A program made the position numbers and the translations under genes. Under the pieces are notes generated by a model. The model worked only from the letters and a program-made list of their open reading frames with translations. It was not told the origin of the DNA and did not search any database. Shown one piece after another: positions 41,101-48,879 of a DNA stretch of 52,123 nt (positions within the stretch are counted from its first letter, which is position 1; the number at the start of each line of letters is the position of its first letter). This DNA comes from Candidatus Hodarchaeota archaeon (lineage in GTDB: Archaea > Asgardarchaeota > Heimdallarchaeia > Hodarchaeales > Hodarchaeaceae). The stretch covers positions 1 to 52,123 of the forward strand of contig JAEOTC010000113.1 in assembly GCA_016840035.1 (NCBI GenBank). Direction: 5' to 3'.

Positions 41101-42075
41101 TTAATCTTGAATCGAGAGGGATAAAGTCCTAAAGAAATCAGTAAGATCAATATTCCCCCCCGATAGAATTATTCCGATTTGTTTATTTTTGAATTCATCT
41201 TTTTGTCGACTTTTAGTAAGATTTAGTAAGCCAGCTAGTGGTACAGCGCCAGAAGGTTCTACTACTATTTTCATTCGCTCCCAAAGAAATTTCATTGCTA
41301 AAATGATCTGCTCTTCGGTGACCGTTACTATATCATCAACAAATTTTTTGATTGTCTTGAATGTAATATCTCCTAAACTGGTTCGAAGCCCATCAGCTAT
41401 TGTATTCGGGTTAACAGAGGGATAGATTTGTGTTCCATCCTTAAAAGACAAATATGCGTCATTAGCATTCAAAGGTTCCACTCCAATTGCACTTGATTTA
41501 GGAAACATGGATTTTAGACACTTTGATGTTCCGCTAAGCAAACCTCCTCCACCAACTGGAGCCAGAATAAAATCCAATTCTCCTACCTCGGTTAATAGTT
41601 CATATGCTGCTGTTCCAGCCCCATGAATAATATTGTAATCATTGTAAGGATGCACAACAGGATACCCATATTCCGCAACAACTTCTTCAGTCTTTTCCAC
41701 ACGATCCTGGGGATTATTTCCACATTCAATGATTTTCGCACCATACCCTCTTGTTGCCTCCTTTTTTACGGAAGGAGCATTTGCAGGCATAACTATCAAA
41801 GACTGGACATTTAACTCTCGGGAAGCTAACGCGACTGCTTGAGCATGATTACCCGAAGAGTGCGTGATTATTCCTGCGGGATTTTCAACCTCAATGAGAT
41901 GTTGAATGGCATTAAACGCTCCACGTACCTTAAAAGCTCCAACACGTTGAAAATTTTCACATTTCAAATATACTTGTGCTGAAACGAGTTTGTTAAGAGT
42001 ACGAGAGGTCATTACTGGAGTTTTATTGACATAATTGCTAATTCTTCTATAGGCTCTAGTGATATCTTGGTTCAT
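41101..42075 (-). CDS. PLP-dependent serine/threonine dehydratase or serine racemase (fold type II)
   Basis: KCENFQRVGAFKVRGA, SSGNHAQ, PVGGGGLLSG, TIADG, EPSGA, SGGN. Confidence 0.93.
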   Translation of the reverse strand: MNQDITRAYRRISNYVNKTPVMTSRTLNKLVSAQVYLKCENFQRVGAFKVRGAFNAIQHLIEVENPAGIITHSSGNHAQAVALASRELNVQSLIVMPANAPSVKKEATRGYGAKIIECGNNPQDRVEKTEEVVAEYGYPVVHPYNDYNIIHGAGTAAYELLTEVGELDFILAPVGGGGLLSGTSKCLKSMFPKSSAIGVEPLNANDAYLSFKDGTQIYPSVNPNTIADGLRTSLGDITFKTIKKFVDDIVTVTEEQIILAMKFLWERMKIVVEPSGAVPLAGLLNLTKSRQKDEFKNKQIGIILSGGNIDLTDFFRTLSLSIQD

Positions 42076-42097
42076 GAAAGGGGAATAATCTGTAATT

Positions 42098-42110
42098 CTA
42101 TTAAAACCTT
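42098..42110 (-). promoter_or_regulatory. BRE-TATA-like element about 25 nt upstream of the dehydratase ATG (likely leaderless mRNA)
   Basis: AAGGTTTTAATAG on the minus strand; similar (A/G)-rich + GTTT(T/A)A elements occur upstream of the genes starting at 4273, 6003, 17287, 27800 and 45166. Confidence 0.5.
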
Positions 42111-42243
42111 AAGGAAGAACTTGAGAAAAACTCGAGAATAGGAGGAATATAAGTGGTAAAGAGTAGGATATTAACTGTAATTCAGTAAGATAAATCCAAA
42201 GGATTTGTATGAACCTAGTTAGTGACTACATAAGTCCTTTTTC

Positions 42244-42411
42244 TTATTTGGAATCAAATAGGTCATCCAGTTCAGTCAGGGCATCAGAAATGGAATATCT
42301 AGAAAAAATATTTTCTCCTTGAATAATTTGAGTAATAATTGATTTCTGTGAGTCAGTCATCGATTGAGTTAATTCTTCGAGAATTTTTGCACCATCAATT
42401 GGATCATTCAT
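42244..42411 (-). CDS. Small acidic protein, 55 aa, absent from the supplied ORF track
   Basis: MNDPIDGAKILEELTQSMTDSQKSIITQIIQGENIFSRYSISDALTELDDLFDSK; GAGGT RBS; TTTATAAA box at 42479-42486. Confidence 0.65.
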   Translation of the reverse strand: MNDPIDGAKILEELTQSMTDSQKSIITQIIQGENIFSRYSISDALTELDDLFDSK

Positions 42412-42674
42412 CTATGAACCTCTGTTTATCTGGATCTACTTGTAAAAAACTGAACAACATGTTTCCTTAATGCTTTTCTTTATAAATATTTCTTAGATCC
42501 ATGTCTCAGATCCATCTAAGCTGAAGATTCACCTAAATTTATGTATTACCCCCATAATATCCTAGTAATATTAAATCAACCATTTTAGTCGGTATTATAA
42601 GATATTCAAGGCAAATTCAAACCAATTTACAAACGGTCATTCTTCTTGGACTATTATATGGCAATGAACATTTT

Positions 42675-45071
42675 TTATGTTCGGATCATTTTTGGGGTGT
42701 TGTCTAGGAAAATTTCCTTTGTTAGGACATGATAATGTCTTATTTTTTCGGTTTGTCTGATAATATCGGGTATAGGGGTGTTTTTAATTGATTCTAAAAC
42801 TGAATGGATCTTTTCTTCAGTTTTCATAATACTAAATTGGTTTTGATTTATTATCTCCTTAATATCATTGGTTGGAGAAAGAAGAGTCTCAATACTTTGA
42901 GTAATTTCGATTTTTTGGAGTAAGGAATCCAATAGTTCATGAAAATCTACCTTTACACTAGTAAATAATTCTGGAAGATATAATTGGTAAACCATATGCT
43001 CTGCTACTCTTTGAAGAAATTTCAATTCTATTTTGTAAGATAATCCAGCATTTAATGATTGTAGCTGAGTTAAAAACGAAATGTATTGTCCTAATATTTT
43101 CCATTGCTCTTCATATAACTGGGGATATTTTATTGGAATCATTTTTGTATAATATTTATGTAAATAGACAGTAAGGTGAGAATAATTCAAGATGTACCGT
43201 TTTAATAAATAATTGATTAAAGAAGAATTCAAAATAATCATTAAAGGAAAAAAATCGTAGTTGGGATTGGTTACTTCCATTATAGAAACATTCGTTCCAG
43301 GTATGAACCCTTTTGGTTTATAAGCAACTCGGAATTCATTACCAATAGCCGTACAGATAAGTTTTGGACGAATTAAATATTCTTTAAATCGTTCATTTGT
43401 GTGGTTAGCCTTGGACCAATGGAAAAAGTCAGGTTTCAGAGCATAGCGTGACACACATTTCCCTGAATGAAGAAAGGGGATTGAATAATCGGTTGATGGT
43501 GAAAATTTGCGTTTTAGGTCCTTTTTAACAATTCTATGATCAATACCGTAATCACCCATAATTTGAGAAAATTCACAGTTCTGGACGATTTGTTGCCATT
43601 TTTCATCATAATATATCATATATCGCTTGTACTGTTTGAAAACTTGCTTATTAATTGGGGAAATTGGTTTCAAACCGTTTCTAGGTTTAATAGAGATAAA
43701 TTGATTATTTTTCTGGCTCTTTGTTAGGATTAGTGAACACATTTCTAAAGTAACATCTTCAAAGGCCGCCGATTCATCATGAATCTCATCTATATTCATA
43801 TTTTCGAGAATAAACTCTCTTATCCCTTCAAACTCTTCTACTCTAAGAATAGAAAACGGAAGAATAAATGCCATACGCCCGTCTGGTTTCAAGAGAGAGA
43901 TAGCCCGTTCAATAAATGCACCTGCTGAGTTCAAACTCATCTTCTTAGCAGCTCTTCCTTTACAAGAACTGTAGGATAATTTAATAATTTTCTTTTCATC
44001 TGGAAGTAAAACAGAACGGCCGTAGGGAGGATTGCCTAGGCAAATATCAAAACCCCCCTCTGGGATTATTTCAGGATAATTAGAGGCCCAATGAAAAAAT
44101 TCAACTACTGAGGGGTCTAATTTATCAAGAAACTTCTTGTTTGAAGCTTTTTCTGGTATAGAGGATAAATATTGAAGATATTTCATATCGAGGTTTTGTG
44201 TGAGTTCAAAATCATAATCCTCACTTATAAATCCAAAAAGAGAGTTCCCTCTCTGGATATTTGAAAAAACTTGAGAACCATTACCTATTTGGAAATCAGG
44301 TTCTTTATCCAAAAGCCAGAACAATAATCGTAATTTAGTTACCAGAGTACCTAGATCCGATTTGTCTACTCCAAAAATAGAGTTCTGAATAATTGTGGAT
44401 ACTCTTATTTCCGTTTTATTCTTATTTTTCTGCAGATTTTGAAAAATTCTTTCTGCTGCATAAACTAAAAATGAACCAGTGCCACAGCTAGGGTCAAGTA
44501 CCCTAGCTGAAGTGTTATCTGTTGTTAAAAGTCTGTCAGTTAGTTCTCGAATAATCTTCCATGGCGAATAGTAGACTCCCTTTACCTTACGATTTGAAAC
44601 TTTAGGTGTTAAGGAAAAATCCTGTTCAAACTCGTTGATAACCATTTCTGCCAATATTGATAGAAATTCAGGTGATATCCTCTCATCCCTATCCCAAGGT
44701 TGTTGAAATTTTTCCACAAGAGTAAAAGTATATTGGCTTATTTGCTTAATTAGAGTCTGCCAATAATCATTAGAAATGTATTTGATTAGTCTTATCTCAT
44801 CAATGGATAAAAGGATCATATGGGGAAATGTATTCTCCGTTTCTGAAATTTTTTTTTCTTTAGTAAACTCATTCGATGATCTAATCCATTGTTTAAACAC
44901 AGCTTCTATATTCTTATTTTCAGGATAAGATCTAAAATAAAATAGAGCAAGAAATTTAAGGTTTGCACTCAAAGCCACGTTGAAAATTGTTGTATCAGAC
45001 CATTCTTGACTCTGTCCTCCTTGAAGAAGTAATACATAAAGGTCTTTTAGTTTTTGAGATAATTGTATCAA
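42675..45071 (-). CDS. Gamma-class N6-adenine DNA methyltransferase with TaqI-like C-terminal TRD, no recognisable nuclease domain
   Basis: KGVYYSP, VLDPSCGTGSFL, GNSL, FHW, GFDICLGNPPYG, AFEDV, PKLI, ILNSSL. Confidence 0.88.
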   Translation of the reverse strand: MIQLSQKLKDLYVLLLQGGQSQEWSDTTIFNVALSANLKFLALFYFRSYPENKNIEAVFKQWIRSSNEFTKEKKISETENTFPHMILLSIDEIRLIKYISNDYWQTLIKQISQYTFTLVEKFQQPWDRDERISPEFLSILAEMVINEFEQDFSLTPKVSNRKVKGVYYSPWKIIRELTDRLLTTDNTSARVLDPSCGTGSFLVYAAERIFQNLQKNKNKTEIRVSTIIQNSIFGVDKSDLGTLVTKLRLLFWLLDKEPDFQIGNGSQVFSNIQRGNSLFGFISEDYDFELTQNLDMKYLQYLSSIPEKASNKKFLDKLDPSVVEFFHWASNYPEIIPEGGFDICLGNPPYGRSVLLPDEKKIIKLSYSSCKGRAAKKMSLNSAGAFIERAISLLKPDGRMAFILPFSILRVEEFEGIREFILENMNIDEIHDESAAFEDVTLEMCSLILTKSQKNNQFISIKPRNGLKPISPINKQVFKQYKRYMIYYDEKWQQIVQNCEFSQIMGDYGIDHRIVKKDLKRKFSPSTDYSIPFLHSGKCVSRYALKPDFFHWSKANHTNERFKEYLIRPKLICTAIGNEFRVAYKPKGFIPGTNVSIMEVTNPNYDFFPLMIILNSSLINYLLKRYILNYSHLTVYLHKYYTKMIPIKYPQLYEEQWKILGQYISFLTQLQSLNAGLSYKIELKFLQRVAEHMVYQLYLPELFTSVKVDFHELLDSLLQKIEITQSIETLLSPTNDIKEIINQNQFSIMKTEEKIHSVLESIKNTPIPDIIRQTEKIRHYHVLTKEIFLDNTPKMIRT

Positions 45072-45104
45072 AGATCATCTCTCAGATTGTTTGGTCAACC
45101 AATG

Positions 45105-45130
45105 AAAGATATTAAAGGTTTTAATATTTC
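45105..45130. promoter_or_regulatory. Symmetric divergent promoter/operator between the methyltransferase and the CCA-kinase operon
   Basis: ATATTAAA-ggt-TTTAATAT inverted repeat (45109-45127) flanked by GAAA on both strands; GAGGTG RBS at 45155-45160. Confidence 0.55.
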
Positions 45131-45165
45131 GACTCATAAGTCTGGAAATACATAGAGGTGCAATC

Positions 45166-47130
45166 ATGGAATTATCCCCAAACCGATTTCCAACAGGAAT
45201 TCTTGAGGTCTGTCATATTTTTCGCGACTCAGGCTTCCAAGCTTTTGTCGTTGGAGGGTCCATTCGTGATCTTCTTCGGGGAGAAAATCTACCAAATGAT
45301 TGGGATATTGCCACTGATGCATCTCCACCTAAAGTTATAGAGCTATTTAGTCAATTTCGGGTAATTCCGACAGGCATACAACACGGGACTGTTACCCTTC
45401 TTTTTAAAAATCTTTCAATCGAGATTACTACTTTTCGTGTCGAAGGAGAATATAAAGATGGACGACGCCCATCAGAAGTTCATTTTGTAAAAGAGATAGA
45501 GGAGGATTTAGCTCGACGTGATCTCACAATAAATGCGATTGCCTATGATCCTATTAATCAATCTTTAACTGATCCTTTCAAGGGTGTTACCGATCTTCAG
45601 AATAATATCTTACGTTTAGTAGGTGATGCTGATACCCGTTTGAAAGAGGATGGACTTCGATTAATTAGAATATTCAGATTTGTTTCTCAATTGGGCTTTT
45701 CTGTTGATCAAAAGTCCCTTGATGCGGTTCCTAGGCAAGTAACTGTCTTCAGACAGGTTGCGAAAGAGCGTATTGAGGTTGAATTCCATAAATTAATGAG
45801 TGGACCTTTTTGGCAACAGGCCATCAAAATGATGATTCCAAATAATCTGCTAGCAAACTATATACCTGAACTTTTCGAAAAATATATGCTTGCTTTAATG
45901 GAATCGGTCCACAATGATCGCTTAGGAATTACTATTTCTATTATTGAGAGTTTTTCTCCTGAATCATCAATCAATCTCCGTTATGCTGCTCTATTTCATC
46001 AATTATCAGCTACATCTCATCCAAAGGATACTTTCCCTGAAATAGATAAACAATTCTTGGCCAAGATCTTAAGAGGGTTAAAATTTCCAAATAAGAGGAT
46101 AGACAGCATTCTACATCTTCTTACTGTATATAAGATCCCTTTACCATACTCTATGAATGATGAGGAGGAGAGGAGGAATTATTCTCTCAGAAAATTCCTT
46201 TATAAGATCAATCCACATTTTCTTGATGATTATCTATCATTTTACAAGGCAATGTGGAAAGAGCTAGATCGTTCAGGGTTACCTAGTGTGTTAATAGAGG
46301 ATATAGAGAGAAGAAGGGAATCTCAACCTCCTATATATCTAAAAGACTTAAAAATTGATGGAAACGAAGTTGTATCCCATTTAAACATAAAAAAATCAAT
46401 CCCTGCTCAACGGGAATTTATTGGGATATGTTTAGACCTATTACGAGAACAAGTCGAGGTGGATCTGTCTAATAATACGAAATATAAGCTTTATCAAATT
46501 TTAGAAAACATTAATCAGGTTAAAAACCTGTGTACCGCACTAAAAGTCCCCAGGGTCAGTATAATTTCTACTGATCACATTCGAAAACTCTATCGAGGGA
46601 ATGAACCTGAATATATTTCTTGGGAAAACAGTCACACTTATCGTCTCTCAATCTGGTTAGTATCATGTCTTCTTCGACGTAACAAATCGAATATTGTCAT
46701 TTTTGATGGTACAAATCTGAATTCTCCCTCACATCCGTATCATAGGGAAAAACTAGCAACAAAATTCAAAAGATACAATCCGATCTTCATCAATACTTTT
46801 TCATCAGAGGATGACCTTAAGAAGAATTTAGAGGCTAGAGAGCATGAAAAACCATCAATTAGAAAAAGTGATGCAGATATTACAATCTATGAACGGTATG
46901 AATCGATAATTAACCGTTACCCGAAGTCATTTTATGCACCAGAAAATGTTAAAATTATTGAATTATCCACCAGATCAACTGAATACGAAAAAAGGCTTAA
47001 AGATCTCAGTAAAAATCTTAAGGAGAGTAATCATCGTCTGATTATTATGAGTGGGAATGTCCTTACTGGGAAAACATTCACTGCAAGAAAGATCCAGCAG
47101 ATATTAAGCACACATTCTTTGAAAGAATGA
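45166..47130 (+). CDS. cca: Class II CCA tRNA nucleotidyltransferase fused to a circularly permuted P-loop (AAA_33/PNK-like) kinase
   Basis: VGGSIRD..DWDIAT, EITTFRVE, EDLARRDLTINA, EDGLR, KERI. C-terminal STDHIRK, VIFDGTN, SDAD and terminal LIIMSGNVLTGKT. Confidence 0.88.
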   Translation: MELSPNRFPTGILEVCHIFRDSGFQAFVVGGSIRDLLRGENLPNDWDIATDASPPKVIELFSQFRVIPTGIQHGTVTLLFKNLSIEITTFRVEGEYKDGRRPSEVHFVKEIEEDLARRDLTINAIAYDPINQSLTDPFKGVTDLQNNILRLVGDADTRLKEDGLRLIRIFRFVSQLGFSVDQKSLDAVPRQVTVFRQVAKERIEVEFHKLMSGPFWQQAIKMMIPNNLLANYIPELFEKYMLALMESVHNDRLGITISIIESFSPESSINLRYAALFHQLSATSHPKDTFPEIDKQFLAKILRGLKFPNKRIDSILHLLTVYKIPLPYSMNDEEERRNYSLRKFLYKINPHFLDDYLSFYKAMWKELDRSGLPSVLIEDIERRRESQPPIYLKDLKIDGNEVVSHLNIKKSIPAQREFIGICLDLLREQVEVDLSNNTKYKLYQILENINQVKNLCTALKVPRVSIISTDHIRKLYRGNEPEYISWENSHTYRLSIWLVSCLLRRNKSNIVIFDGTNLNSPSHPYHREKLATKFKRYNPIFINTFSSEDDLKKNLEAREHEKPSIRKSDADITIYERYESIINRYPKSFYAPENVKIIELSTRSTEYEKRLKDLSKNLKESNHRLIIMSGNVLTGKTFTARKIQQILSTHSLKE

Positions 47131-47154
47131 TAATCATCGTTTGGGGAACCACCT

Positions 47155-48879
47155 GTGGTAATCACTCAACGTGAAAAGGGGCAATATTTCACTCCTGATA
47201 ATGTTGTACGTGCGATTATAACCAGTATCAGTGTATATCTAAAAGAGAAGGAATCTAATTCCACGTTACGTGTGTTAGACCCATCAGTTGGAGAAGGAAT
47301 TTTCTGCAATCTTCTTATACAGTTGTTGAGTAAGAAGTTTTCCTTTATTTCGATAGATGCCCTTGATATCGACTCTGAAGCTCTGTCAAAGGCACAATCT
47401 TTAGTGAATCGGACATTGGATGATAAAAATCATACTTCTACATTTCATCAAAAAAATTTCTTAACAGAATTTGATATAGAGAATAAAGAAGAAAAATATG
47501 ATCTAATCATATCTAATCCTCCCCATAATGCAAAATATCCTCCTTGGGAATGGGACAACATACTGAAAACGGTTTCTTATGAAATTCCTCAAAAAATCCC
47601 TAAAGAATCAGCACTCTATTTCTTTATTAAATCACTCGACTTATTGAAAGATGGTGGAATTCTTTCTTTTATTTTACCCAAGCCGTTCATTTACTCAAAT
47701 AAATGGAAAGTATTTCGAGAAATATGTACTAAACGGGTTCGTCTACTAGAGGTATATGATATAGGTAATCAGTTCTCAGGTCAACTTCAAGAGCAGGTTG
47801 TAATTTCTATTCAAAATTTAACCCCTACTAATGATTTTAAAACGGGGATTTGGGATAAGATTAAAGAGGAATTTTCTTCTAGATCAAGCGTTAAGTCTGA
47901 AAATGCTATTCGATTTGATAATTTTTTAGTTGGTATCACCCCAATAGAACAGAATCTAATGGAAAAGCTTATTAAAAACAATCAGGTTATTGAATGGGAA
48001 GCTTTTCGTGGATTAAACAGTAAATACCGTAATAAAACCTCTTCCATCCCATTAGTTGAGAAAGCTACAGTTACTCATGGTTTTTTACTTCCTGAACGGA
48101 ATTATGTAGATAAAGACGTTCCAAACAGACAATTAGAAAGATTAGCACGCCCAAAAATAATTGCTCAACGAATTCTAACTTATACAACAACACCAAAGTT
48201 CCGATTTAATGTACCTATCTTGGTCGATAGTATAGGGAATCTCATCACACATGAGACGATTATCAATATATTCCCTCCTAATTCAACCATTCAGGATCTT
48301 TACTCATACGGAGCAATCCTTCAGTCTAAATTCACCGTTTGGTGGTTAAAACACGCTATTTATACAAAACAATTTGTCACTAGTAAAGATTTTGATAGAC
48401 CCTATTTAAATAAGGTTTTAATACCTTCTATAGACGGTTCTGTTAATCATACGTTTCGTAATGGACTAAATTCCCTTTTACATGAAGGGAATCTTCATTC
48501 AATAATTTCTCTTGCCAATAAAGAGTCGAAAGTAGATCAATTTTTTGCTCTAGGTAGAATCTTTAAGTATTATCTAATGAAAGGAGAAGAGATTCGATTG
48601 TTGCTTGATCAGATCCTTCAATTATCCTCTCAACGTACCAATATTTCACAGCATAACTTAATGAAAAGGATTGATCGAGATTTTCGTACTAGAGATGATG
48701 TGAGTTATATCTGGTTAAATACTAAATATGGGCTTACGTTTAGTGATTCCATTGTATCTGAGCTTAAGACAAAATATCTTGACCTCGCGAACATTAGAAA
48801 CGAGATCGATATACTTGTGATTATGTTATATGGATTAACAGAGGAAGAGGAAAGAATTATCGTTGAGGGAGACCAATGA
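47155..48879 (+). CDS. Gamma-class N6-adenine DNA methyltransferase, TaqI-like, with variant motif IV (NPPH)
   Basis: KGQYFTP, VLDPSVGEGIF, DLIISNPPH, LKDGGILSFILP, PKIIAQRI. Confidence 0.85.
   Translation: MVITQREKGQYFTPDNVVRAIITSISVYLKEKESNSTLRVLDPSVGEGIFCNLLIQLLSKKFSFISIDALDIDSEALSKAQSLVNRTLDDKNHTSTFHQKNFLTEFDIENKEEKYDLIISNPPHNAKYPPWEWDNILKTVSYEIPQKIPKESALYFFIKSLDLLKDGGILSFILPKPFIYSNKWKVFREICTKRVRLLEVYDIGNQFSGQLQEQVVISIQNLTPTNDFKTGIWDKIKEEFSSRSSVKSENAIRFDNFLVGITPIEQNLMEKLIKNNQVIEWEAFRGLNSKYRNKTSSIPLVEKATVTHGFLLPERNYVDKDVPNRQLERLARPKIIAQRILTYTTTPKFRFNVPILVDSIGNLITHETIINIFPPNSTIQDLYSYGAILQSKFTVWWLKHAIYTKQFVTSKDFDRPYLNKVLIPSIDGSVNHTFRNGLNSLLHEGNLHSIISLANKESKVDQFFALGRIFKYYLMKGEEIRLLLDQILQLSSQRTNISQHNLMKRIDRDFRTRDDVSYIWLNTKYGLTFSDSIVSELKTKYLDLANIRNEIDILVIMLYGLTEEEERIIVEGDQ

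Noticed and set aside
35286-45071. The two long MTases as Type IIG restriction-modification fusions
   Set aside because: N-terminal regions are short and I could not find a convincing PD-(D/E)xK or HNH motif; not fully excluded without profile searches
45166-47130. Poly(A) polymerase (PcnB) or CC-adding-only enzyme
   Set aside because: It lacks the PcnB G(R/K)RF signature (has IPTGIQHGTV) and retains the flexible loop that is deleted in CC-adding enzymes
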